A stretch of 50,064 nucleotides of DNA from assembly GCA_020628305.1 (NCBI GenBank), contig JAHDFH010000001.1, forward strand, positions 1 through 50,064, written 5' to 3'. A model generated the notes under the pieces. That model worked only from the letters and a program-made list of their open reading frames with translations, was not told the DNA's origin and did no database searches. Of the stretch, positions 38,373-46,887 are shown in pieces. The stretch's first letter is position 1. Each line of letters opens with the position of its first letter. Position numbers and translations under genes: made by a program. The stretch is from Acidimicrobiales bacterium. Lineage in GTDB: Bacteria; Actinomycetota; Acidimicrobiia; Acidimicrobiales; SZUA-35.

Positions 38373-40460
38373 ATGGCCAATGATCATCCAGAACTAGAAG
38401 CTGAACAGGCGCACATCGACACAGTATTTGATGCGCTCGAGAAAACCCGTGAAGATGCGTTGGGACTCAAGAAGATGGTTGAAGTCGGTGCTGGTGGAAC
38501 TAATCAAGCCCGTTGGGAACGAGAAGTCTTTTACGAGAACATTCTCAACCGCCTGAAGGATCTTGACCAGGGCGAGCGATCTTTAGTTTTCGGACGAATC
38601 GATCAGGATGAAGAGAACGGTGGAGAAAGCTACCACATAGGGCGATTGGGTGTATCGGACTCAGAACAAAACGTGCTCGTGGTTGATTGGCGAGCGCCAA
38701 TAGCGGAAGCCTTTTATAGAGCTACCGGTCGTCAAACCCTTGGTTTGGCTCGGCGTCGACACTTCACGTCCCGTGGTCGAGAACTTCTAGGTATCGAGGA
38801 TGAGTTTTTCGGCGATGCTGCCGGCCAGGCAACTGTATTAGTTAACGGCAGGGAACTGCAAGGTGAGGGCGCCTTGATTGCAGCCTTAGAAGAGAACCGT
38901 TCGGGTCAGCTAGGCGACATTATCGGAACTATTCAGGCCGAGCAGGATGAGATTATTCGGTCCGGAATGAAAGGCATTCTGGTTGTTCAGGGAGGCCCCG
39001 GTACGGGTAAGACTGTCGTTGCATTGCACCGTGCTGCTTACTTGCTTTACGAGCATCGCTTTCCGCTTGATTCTCAGGGCGTTCTTGTTGTTGGTCCAAA
39101 CCGATTGTTCCTGGGCTACATCGAACAGGTACTGCCATCGCTAGGCGAAGCGGGCGTTGAACTTTCGGTATTGGCCGATCTAGTCTCAGGCGTTCGAGTC
39201 AAGGGGCGAGATGAACCTTTGGCAGCTAAAGTTAAGGGCGATTTACGCATGGTAGATCTGCTTGCTAGAGCTGTGAGAGACCGACAGCGAGTGTTGCAGG
39301 CTGACGCTGTCATCGACATGGGCGCTCGCCGTCTGCGACTCGCAGCCGGTGTTACCGAACGAATTGTCAAACAAGCAAGAAGCCGTTATCGAGACCACAA
39401 CGCTGCGAGAAAGTTTGTCGAGCAGGAGATTTATCAAGAGCTCAGTTTGATCCATCCAGATCGCAAACACGTTGACACCATTCGAGAACAACTGGAATCT
39501 ACCGAGCAGATGAAAGAGCTTTTCGGCTCTATGTGGCCAATCCTTTCCCCGGCTCAGCTGTTGCATGATTTATATGGCTCTAAAGCTTTGCTGCGGTCCG
39601 CTGCGAAAGGAAGCCTCGGTGAGGAAGAGCTTGAGAGTCTCTATCGCCCATGGCAAGAAGATAAAGATGCTTCAAGGGTTCTATGGCGTGTAGAGGATGT
39701 GCCAGTACTTGACGAAGCTTGGGAGCTGCTTGGCCCAATTCCAAAGAACAAAGATACCGACTACATCCGAACTTATGGCCACATCGTCGTCGACGAGGCG
39801 CAGGACTTATCGCCGTTACAGCTGCGCATGCTCACACGGCGATCATTAAACGGCTCTATGACAATCGTTGGTGATATAGGTCAGTCAACTGGAGTCTGGG
39901 CTCACAACGATTGGCAAGAAATTCTTGAACATCTTCCTGACAAGCAGAACAGTTTCAGAGAGTTGACAATTGGTTACCGTATTCCACAATCGTTAATGGC
40001 AGTTGCAGGCAATGTGCTTGCACATGCAGCGCCTCAGGTTACTGCGCCGACTTCGGTGAGATCTGGCGGAGCCGAACCTGAGGTTATTGCGGTGGCTGAA
40101 CCAGAACTTGTAGGCGCAATTGTGGACCGGGCGAGGACAGCAGAACAAGACGGAACTAGTGGCAACATCGCTGTAATAACTCCAAGTAGTTTGTATGAAG
40201 CCATTCTGAATGAGTTCGATTTGCAAGGCGTACAAGTCGGGCGTGGCCTCAAAGACGGACTCGAGTCGTCCATAACGGTCGTGCCGGTGCATCTTGTGAA
40301 GGGTTTAGAGGTGGACGTGTCTATTGTTGTTGAGCCCCAAGCCATGGTTGACGAAGAGTTTCAGGGATCAAGATCTCTTTATGTAGCGCTAACCCGATCC
40401 ACTAAACAGCTCACAATCGTCCACGCACAGGACCTGCCCGCTTTCATGGGGCTCAGTTAA
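38373..40460 (+). CDS. HelD-like SF1 helicase/ATPase (RNA polymerase recycling family)
   Basis: VFGRID, HIGR, DWRAP, TIQAEQD, GGPGTGKT, VVDEAQD, KGLE, LYVALTR; start placed at ATG 38373. Confidence 0.9.
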   Translation: MANDHPELEAEQAHIDTVFDALEKTREDALGLKKMVEVGAGGTNQARWEREVFYENILNRLKDLDQGERSLVFGRIDQDEENGGESYHIGRLGVSDSEQNVLVVDWRAPIAEAFYRATGRQTLGLARRRHFTSRGRELLGIEDEFFGDAAGQATVLVNGRELQGEGALIAALEENRSGQLGDIIGTIQAEQDEIIRSGMKGILVVQGGPGTGKTVVALHRAAYLLYEHRFPLDSQGVLVVGPNRLFLGYIEQVLPSLGEAGVELSVLADLVSGVRVKGRDEPLAAKVKGDLRMVDLLARAVRDRQRVLQADAVIDMGARRLRLAAGVTERIVKQARSRYRDHNAARKFVEQEIYQELSLIHPDRKHVDTIREQLESTEQMKELFGSMWPILSPAQLLHDLYGSKALLRSAAKGSLGEEELESLYRPWQEDKDASRVLWRVEDVPVLDEAWELLGPIPKNKDTDYIRTYGHIVVDEAQDLSPLQLRMLTRRSLNGSMTIVGDIGQSTGVWAHNDWQEILEHLPDKQNSFRELTIGYRIPQSLMAVAGNVLAHAAPQVTAPTSVRSGGAEPEVIAVAEPELVGAIVDRARTAEQDGTSGNIAVITPSSLYEAILNEFDLQGVQVGRGLKDGLESSITVVPVHLVKGLEVDVSIVVEPQAMVDEEFQGSRSLYVALTRSTKQLTIVHAQDLPAFMGLS

Positions 40461-40820
40461 GAACTCCGGAAGCGGTTCGCAGGCAACACCATCGCCGTCA
40501 CGGTCTAGTTTGGTTGAGTATCCAGCATCTTTGCCCCTGACTAACGGAGCAATGCCCCGCTCCCGAGCATCGGTGCAGTTCTTGACTGGCAAGGCACTCG
40601 TAATTGGCGCTGGCGTGGCTGTAGCAGCTGACGTTGTGATAGCTGACGTTGCAGTCGTTGCTGGTTCCGGCTCTGGGTCCGGTGTCGGCAACGTCGTGGC
40701 AAGATGGGTGGTTGAAGACTGAGAGGTCACAATTCCGCTTGTTGTAACGATTGTTTGATCTGCACAGGCGCCAGTTAAGGCCGTTCCGAGGATAATAGTA
40801 AGGGCTATTCGATATATCAC
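40389..40820 (-). CDS. Excalibur calcium-binding domain lipoprotein
   Basis: LTGAC lipobox, T/P/A linker, NCTDAR..G.AP...G...Y...LDRDGDGVACE. Confidence 0.85.
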   Translation of the reverse strand: MIYRIALTIILGTALTGACADQTIVTTSGIVTSQSSTTHLATTLPTPDPEPEPATTATSAITTSAATATPAPITSALPVKNCTDARERGIAPLVRGKDAGYSTKLDRDGDGVACEPLPEFLTEPHESGQVLCVDDCELFSGSG

Positions 40821-40871
40821 ATGCTGCTTAAGCGCAATGGAGCAGTGTTAGGTCACACTACAATAGCAGTT

Positions 40872-41507
40872 ATGCTTCCTGGCTATTTTGTCGTCATTAC
40901 AGTAGCGATCAGTTTCTTTGCTGGTTTGGGCTATTTGCGCTCAACCATAAAGGGGGAGACTCAGCCGAATCGGGTGACTTGGGGACTTTTGACTGCGATT
41001 ATGCTTGTGATTTTTGCAGCGCAGCTGGACGCTGGGGTTAGCTGGCCGATTGCCAGCGTCTCTATCGCCTTGTTCAATTCGGGTTCTATCTTCATTGCTT
41101 CGTTTGCAAGTAAGGGGGCCTATTGGAAGTCGCAACCGAAGGACTATGTGTTCGGCGCATTCTCGATTGTGGGCCTTGTTCTTTGGCAGATCTCAGATTC
41201 ACCCGAAATAGCAATAGCGTTCAACATCTTGGCTGACTTCATGGCCTGGTATCCGACAATAGTGAAGGCTTACAAGTCGCCAAACTCTGAGAATCAGCGC
41301 GCTTGGTTGCTTTGGGGATTTGCACATTCAATATCAGTTCTAGTGGTTAAGGATTGGGAGTTCGCCGAATATAGCTTCCCACTTTATTTGACGGTAGGAA
41401 ACTTACTAGTTGCAGGTTTAATCACACTAGGTAAGCGCCACGGAAATGGCTCTAAACAAGAAGAAGCAGGGCCATCAGAGCCATCAGAACAGCTTCAAAA
41501 AGACTGA
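40872..41507 (+). CDS. hypothetical multi-pass membrane protein (PQ-loop-like)
   Basis: GETQPNRVTW, YPTIVKAYKSPNSEN; TACAAT -10 7 nt upstream of ATG 40872. Confidence 0.75.
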   Translation: MLPGYFVVITVAISFFAGLGYLRSTIKGETQPNRVTWGLLTAIMLVIFAAQLDAGVSWPIASVSIALFNSGSIFIASFASKGAYWKSQPKDYVFGAFSIVGLVLWQISDSPEIAIAFNILADFMAWYPTIVKAYKSPNSENQRAWLLWGFAHSISVLVVKDWEFAEYSFPLYLTVGNLLVAGLITLGKRHGNGSKQEEAGPSEPSEQLQKD

Positions 41508-41955
41508 TTACCGATAGCGGCAGGTCGATGATGCCGCCCAGGCACGCACAAGTTGCTTTCTTGCCGCTCGAGAGAAACAGGCCGATACTCACAGCGGTGG
41601 TAGCCATCAGCCCTAGAACAAGGGTTAGCGCAAGCGGGGTGAGGAAATCGCTAAGCAGTAGGATGCCAAGCATCAGCTCAATGAATGGAAATGCTTTCGT
41701 GTAGAGTTTTGATCTTCCACCAAGCAGGTCATAAGTTGGAAATCCAGATACGAAAGCGTTGTAGCCAACAAGCTTAAAGCCGGCGAAGGCAATCAAGAAC
41801 CAGCCCATAAACTGCTGCATCCACTCAACTGAATCAACCAAGATGTGGGTTACATAGGCAGCTAAGGTGATGGACAAGATCAACGCAACAAACTTGGCAT
41901 ATTCCAACTTCGTGTTAGTTGGGGCTTCTGGAACTGCACAGCAAGATTCGCTCAT
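41452..41955 (-). CDS. MauE/DoxX family membrane protein
   Basis: FAGFKL, YDLLG, PFIEL, CACLG; N-terminal CC. Confidence 0.82.
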   Translation of the reverse strand: MSESCCAVPEAPTNTKLEYAKFVALILSITLAAYVTHILVDSVEWMQQFMGWFLIAFAGFKLVGYNAFVSGFPTYDLLGGRSKLYTKAFPFIELMLGILLLSDFLTPLALTLVLGLMATTAVSIGLFLSSGKKATCACLGGIIDLPLSVISLFEAVLMALMALLLLV

Positions 41956-41985
41956 GTTTATATTGTAGTGCGGTAAGGTTACATC

Positions 41986-42855
41986 GTGGAACTCAAAGAC
42001 AGCAAACGCTCATTTATCGGCTTAGTTATCTTCTTGTTTATTGCAGCTTTAGTGATACGGGAGTACTTCTTTGATACACCCCTAGGGCAAGGCATCTTTT
42101 TTCATGGGCTACCAGCTTTGTTAGCAGTTGGTCTCGTATTTGTTAGTTCTCCAAGATCTGTCACAGATAGGATGTTTTTTGGCACCGCCGTCGTTCTGCT
42201 ATTGTGCTCAATTCTTTTAGGTGAGCTTGCAATCTGTGTGCTAATTGCGTCACCTTTGATTTTCTTGGTAGTTGCGCTGACTGCGGCTGTTACCAAGCTC
42301 ATTGATAAGAACAGATTTAGCCTCTTTCTCCCACTGCTAGTTCTGATATCGTTTGTTTCATCGATCACCTCCAGCGGTCAATCTAACGTTGTCTATTCAG
42401 CTGAGACTGTTCTTGCCCCAACGCAGATCGAGGATCGGCTCGCGGAAGAACGTGATATCCCTCCGATTGAATCAGGAATGCTTGGCGGTCTCCCAGGCGT
42501 AAGATTCCCTCAGCCTGTTAGCACTGTTGGTGAGGGTGTTGAAGTTGGGGATACCAGGGTTATCTCTTTTGACGATGGTGGACAGCTGAAATTAGTGGTT
42601 ACCCAGTCAGCTGCAACAAGTGTGACATTCAGCGCTTTGTCAGATACTTCGATGGTTTCTCAATGGGCTAGTTGGGATAGAGTCCAATTCAAATGGAACA
42701 AGAGAAATGCCGAAGCCACACCAGTCGAAATTACGATTGAGTACACGGTCCAAGTAGCGCCCACATGGTACTTTGGGTACTTCGTCAGGATTGGGATGGA
42801 TCAGGCTTCAGCTCACCTTCTTGAAAGTTTGATCCCAGTTCAGAATGCAAAATGA
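41986..42855 (+). CDS. membrane protein with C-terminal SRPBCC-like domain
   Basis: N-terminal TMs (GELAICVLIASP), FPQP, G.EVGD.R.I.F, APTWYFG. Confidence 0.65.
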   Translation: MELKDSKRSFIGLVIFLFIAALVIREYFFDTPLGQGIFFHGLPALLAVGLVFVSSPRSVTDRMFFGTAVVLLLCSILLGELAICVLIASPLIFLVVALTAAVTKLIDKNRFSLFLPLLVLISFVSSITSSGQSNVVYSAETVLAPTQIEDRLAEERDIPPIESGMLGGLPGVRFPQPVSTVGEGVEVGDTRVISFDDGGQLKLVVTQSAATSVTFSALSDTSMVSQWASWDRVQFKWNKRNAEATPVEITIEYTVQVAPTWYFGYFVRIGMDQASAHLLESLIPVQNAK

Positions 42856-44195
42856 ATCCGTTTATAGATTCTGAGATATCGGAAGATCTATTTGAGGGCA
42901 TTTTTTCAGTTTCTGCTTTAGCTGTACTTTCATTAGTTGGTTTTGGCTTGATCTCAAAGGCAGATCCTGGAAGGAGATTCGCTGTTTCCGTTCCTGCAAT
43001 GATATGGGTAGCTTCGGGCATTGTGATAGTAGATTGGCTCGCTGCAGATCGAGGCTGGTGGCTGTATGAGTTGCAGAGTGAGTTCTTTTTCTTCAGTCCT
43101 CCGTTGCTGTTTATTCCATGGGTATTGATATGGTCTCTTTCACCGCTTGCTTTAGGCCATAGCCCGCGACCTTTACTAACAGCGCTCAGCTTTCTGTTAG
43201 TAGATATCTTGATCATGCCGTTGATGGACCCATGGGTAAAGCTTGGTGACCGATGGTGGATTGGCGAACTCTTGCTCATCGTGCTTGTTGCCATTCCCTC
43301 AGTCATACTTTCTTCGCTCATTTACTCAAGAAAGCGTTTAAAGACCAGGGTAGCTCTGATGGTCTTTGTGTTCTCCTGGCTGGTTTTATTTGCCATACCC
43401 ATGACCTCTTCTCAACTTACAGGGGTTGAGATCGGAGAAATTGAACTCCAGGCAATTGTGATATGGAGCCAGCCTTTGTTTCTTCTATCTGTTCCAGGAA
43501 TCGCTGCGGTTTATGAGTTACTTGAGCGAGCAAATGGCACACCTTACCCTTGGGATCCTCCTGAGAAAGTAGTTACCTCGGGGCCGTATGCATACATGTC
43601 CAACCCGATGCAGTTGAGTGGTTTCCTCGTTCTGTTGCTAGTTGCTGCGGTTCTGGCCCACTGGCCAACTTTGGTGGCAGGGTTAACGGCGTTATTCTTC
43701 TCAGTTGGCATAGCGCACGCTCAAGAGCAGTCTGTTTTAAGTAAGAGATGGGGTTCAGAGTGGGAGAATTATAAATCTGAGCATCGAAACTGGATACCCC
43801 GGTTCAAGCCCAAGTTCTCAAATAGCTACCGAGCGACTCTATATGTCGATGGCGGCTGTGGAGACTGCCGTCAGGTTGGTGAGTGGTTTGCCTCCAGAGC
43901 CCACAACAGCTTAGGCGTTAGGGATGCGCGGTTTGTCAAAGGTACTCCGCTTCGTCGAGTGACTTACAGCTGGACCGATCATGGTTCAGTCAGTGTTTCG
44001 GGTATCAAGGCTATTTCAGCTGCCCTTGATCATACTCATTTGGGCTGGGCTTTCATTGGATGGGCCTTGCGTATTTGGCCCGTCAGTGTAATAGCTCAAC
44101 TGGTTTCTGATGTCTTATTAACTAGGCCACATGAGGCCATTGCAGGCCCTGAGGACCGAGAGTGGTACCCGTCTGAGGCGAACCGATTAAACTAG
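42852..44195 (+). CDS. ICMT/PEMT-like methyltransferase membrane protein fused to a DCC1-like (DUF393) domain
   Basis: GTPYPWDPP..VVTSGPYAYMSNPM; C-terminal LYVDGGCGDC; ATGA overlap with the upstream gene. Confidence 0.78.
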   Translation: MNPFIDSEISEDLFEGIFSVSALAVLSLVGFGLISKADPGRRFAVSVPAMIWVASGIVIVDWLAADRGWWLYELQSEFFFFSPPLLFIPWVLIWSLSPLALGHSPRPLLTALSFLLVDILIMPLMDPWVKLGDRWWIGELLLIVLVAIPSVILSSLIYSRKRLKTRVALMVFVFSWLVLFAIPMTSSQLTGVEIGEIELQAIVIWSQPLFLLSVPGIAAVYELLERANGTPYPWDPPEKVVTSGPYAYMSNPMQLSGFLVLLLVAAVLAHWPTLVAGLTALFFSVGIAHAQEQSVLSKRWGSEWENYKSEHRNWIPRFKPKFSNSYRATLYVDGGCGDCRQVGEWFASRAHNSLGVRDARFVKGTPLRRVTYSWTDHGSVSVSGIKAISAALDHTHLGWAFIGWALRIWPVSVIAQLVSDVLLTRPHEAIAGPEDREWYPSEANRLN

Positions 44196-44200
44196 ACTCA

Positions 44201-44606
44201 ATGCAAAAGACTTCAACCTTCTTAATGTTCACAGGCGAGCAGAGCGGAAACGCTGAAGCTGCGATTACCTTCTACATGTCATTGTTCAAGAACTCTGAGA
44301 TTACAGACATGCGCAAGTGGAAAGCTGATGAACCTGGAGGGCAGGAAGGCTGGGTAAAGCATGCCGTGTTTACACTTGACGGCATCCAGTACATGGCTAG
44401 TGAGAATGATATGGCGCATGAGTTTGGTTTTACTCCAGCAGTATCGCTCTATATAACCTGCGACACTCAACAAGAGTTATCTGAATACTTCGAGAAGCTC
44501 TCAGAAGATGGCCAGGTCATGATGCCACGACTACGGTTTTTGTCAACAGTTCGCATGGGTAGAAGACAAGTTTGGCTGGTCATGGCAACTGAGTGTTGAT
44601 GCTTAA
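44201..44606 (+). pseudogene. VOC/PhnB family protein, frameshifted
   Basis: TFLMF..AEAAITFY, FTPAVS. After MMP the conserved DYGF.Q.FAWVEDKFG.SWQL continues in another frame (shift at ~44528), stop at 44604-44606. Confidence 0.85.
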
Positions 44607-44608
44607 CT

Positions 44609-45895
44609 CTATGCACTGTCGGCGATGATTGAGTCTGTTACGTAGTAGAGGTCTGCTTGTTCTGCGGTGCCGGCTAGGTGTTGTAGGCGTTTTTGGCGGT
44701 GTTGTTTGATTTCGTCTCTTAGTAGGTCTCCTCGGGTGCGGTTCCGCGGGGCCGTTTTTGGGAATTGGATTATGTTGCTGGGGTCTCGGAATTTCCAGCC
44801 TTTCTCGATTCGTTTGATTGTCCAGCCGCCTTCGTGGACGCTGTGGTGGTGGAAGTGGCAGAGTGTTACTAGGTTTTCTAGGTTTGTGTCGCCTCCTTGG
44901 CTCCAGTGTTTAATGTGGTGGGCGTGTAATCGTTTGGTTGTGGAGCAGCCGGGGAAGCGGCACATGTTGGCATCTCTGTGGTTGATGGCTCGTCGGAGGG
45001 TGTTGTTGATGAGTCGGGTTTTACGACCGACTCGGAGTGGATCGTTGTTCGAGTTGACAAGCAATGGTTGAATGGCGGCGTCGCATGAGAATCGTCTCGC
45101 GGATTCTGGGTTGATGTTGTGTCCGTTGATGCTGCTTTGACCGGTTGTAGCTGCGGCGAGGGTTTCTGCGTCAACGCTTAACAACACTTCGGTATGTTTG
45201 GCGTGTGTTTCATTTCCAGTGCCTGTGAGTAGGGTCAATGCGGCAGCAGATCTTATTTCACCTATTCCTCCAAGCTCTGCGATTGTTTCTAGGCGGGAGG
45301 TTTCAGGCGTTGTGTTGTCTTCTATGATTTGGGTAACTCTTGTGTCGATGTTGGCTTCTGCTTCGGCGAGGTCGTCTATAGGAACAGTGATGAGAATTGT
45401 GCCGGTCCCATCGAGGTTGTTCCTAAAGGTAGTGTCTGCTGGTTTTGAGTTAGGTTCATCTGAAACGGACCCTGCAGTGTGCATCAGTTGACAGATGCGG
45501 TCTAGTTGGGCTGCTGTTGCATATCGTGCAGCGTCGACAAGATTCATTTCGTTTGCAGGGGTGATGACTCGGCACAAAGCCCGAGCCTTTGAATAGGAGA
45601 GCTCGCCAGCAAGAAATGCTTGCCTAACTTCTGTGAACTCTACGATTTTGTGGGCTACAGCAACGTGCTGTCTGGCGGTTCTGGGGGAGAGCCCACAATG
45701 CCAACTTAACCAAGCAGCACAGGATTTCATTTCCCACGATCGCCAGCCTTCCCGTCGATCATAGGCAGCCACCCACAGCAGCCATTGTGCTGTAGCAGAA
45801 GCTATCTGTGATGCAAAGTCCTTAATCTGAGTCTCAAGCCTTTCTAAAGGTATGTCATCGATCTCGTCATCAATTACCGCCAAAACTGGATTCAT
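44609..45895 (-). CDS. DUF222 (13E12-like) HNH endonuclease
   Basis: SCAAWLSWHCG, GELSYSKARAL, ARRFSCDA, RDANMCRFPGC...HAHHIKHWSQGGDTNLENLVTLCHFHHHSVH; ATG at 45895. Confidence 0.93.
   Translation of the reverse strand: MNPVLAVIDDEIDDIPLERLETQIKDFASQIASATAQWLLWVAAYDRREGWRSWEMKSCAAWLSWHCGLSPRTARQHVAVAHKIVEFTEVRQAFLAGELSYSKARALCRVITPANEMNLVDAARYATAAQLDRICQLMHTAGSVSDEPNSKPADTTFRNNLDGTGTILITVPIDDLAEAEANIDTRVTQIIEDNTTPETSRLETIAELGGIGEIRSAAALTLLTGTGNETHAKHTEVLLSVDAETLAAATTGQSSINGHNINPESARRFSCDAAIQPLLVNSNNDPLRVGRKTRLINNTLRRAINHRDANMCRFPGCSTTKRLHAHHIKHWSQGGDTNLENLVTLCHFHHHSVHEGGWTIKRIEKGWKFRDPSNIIQFPKTAPRNRTRGDLLRDEIKQHRQKRLQHLAGTAEQADLYYVTDSIIADSA
44739..44754 (+). repeat. 16-bp direct repeat copy 1 (inside the HNH gene 3' end)
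   Basis: CGGTTCCGCGGGGCCG, identical to 45965-45980. Confidence 0.85.
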
Positions 45896-45923
45896 AATTC
45901 TCTTTCCCCTAACCCGCACCAAC

Positions 45924-45945
45924 ATCATAAAACAAGGGTCTGACA
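45924..45945 (-). promoter_or_regulatory. PafBC/RecA-NDp-like DNA-damage promoter of the HNH gene
   Basis: TGTCAG-acccttgttt(N10)-TATGAT on the minus strand. Confidence 0.7.
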
Positions 45946-45964
45946 ATTAAGAAAGGAGAGAAAA

Positions 45965-45980
45965 CGGTTCCGCGGGGCCG
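45965..45980 (+). repeat. 16-bp direct repeat copy 2 (upstream of the HNH gene)
   Basis: CGGTTCCGCGGGGCCG. Confidence 0.85.
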
Positions 45981-45999
45981 CTATACTTGACGTGGCGCT

Positions 46000-46887
46000 A
46001 TGGAAGAGACCCCCGAGAAAAACACTTTTGGTCGTAGAGATGTCTTAACTGGTCTCTTGGGACTTGTAGTTGTGGGAGTTGCTGGCACGGCAGTGCCGAA
46101 TGAAGTGGCAAGACCGATTCTCGAAGGCTTAGCCTATGGCGAAAGGTCTCTTAATTTAACTAGGTACGGAGGCAAAGTTTGGTACGACCCTGAACGTGTG
46201 CCTAGAGATTTAGTAGCAAGTATCTTTTGGAGGATCCACGAATCTGCATATCCGATTGATGAACGAGATGAAGTTCAATCGATTGAGATTCATGGTCCAC
46301 TTAGAGAGTTCGGGGGAGACGCAACCTCGTCTATTCGCAGATGTCGGCTTTTTGTTCACGAGGGATCAGATGCAGCCGGTCTCATGAATATCCTTGCTCA
46401 TGAGATAGGTCATCTCCTAGAGGCGGAACTTCGGCGACGATTGGGTCTAGATCCGTCCCAGAACGAGACGAGTCCAGAGATCCAGCAAATTGCTCAATGG
46501 TTTGGAATAGGCGAGTTTTCAGATCCAGCAGTATTTGGATGGCAGTCCGACCGTGATGATCCATTCGCATCTTTTTTTGCTGAAATCGCTGGGCGAGTAT
46601 TTCTCAGCGATCAAGGGATTGATGATTTTTACGGCCTTGGTTTACCCAGCCTTGAAAAGCAGATTATATTTCTGGAATGGTTAGCAGTAATGCTTGATCT
46701 ACCAAGAGAACAGGTTGATGCATTGGTTGGGACTAATCCTCCGCTCCAACTTCCTGATGAGCTTCCTTCGATTGACAGATTGGTCTACAACGATAGGTTG
46801 CAGGACACTTGGCGAAATCGAGGGTACGAAGTCGTAGGGGAACCCTCAGATCTGCAACGGTTTGGACTCCCCCGATTAGGGCGCTAA
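46000..46887 (+). CDS. putative Tat-signal HExxH metallopeptidase-like orphan
   Basis: GRRDVL + hydrophobic stretch; LAHEIGHLLE; downstream FAEIAG; paralog at 49138. Confidence 0.7.
   Translation: MEETPEKNTFGRRDVLTGLLGLVVVGVAGTAVPNEVARPILEGLAYGERSLNLTRYGGKVWYDPERVPRDLVASIFWRIHESAYPIDERDEVQSIEIHGPLREFGGDATSSIRRCRLFVHEGSDAAGLMNILAHEIGHLLEAELRRRLGLDPSQNETSPEIQQIAQWFGIGEFSDPAVFGWQSDRDDPFASFFAEIAGRVFLSDQGIDDFYGLGLPSLEKQIIFLEWLAVMLDLPREQVDALVGTNPPLQLPDELPSIDRLVYNDRLQDTWRNRGYEVVGEPSDLQRFGLPRLGR

Noticed and set aside
44667-45491. Antisense and alternate-frame ORFs within the HNH gene, and similar shadow ORFs across the window
   Set aside because: Explained as by-products of the real CDS on the opposite strand or frame
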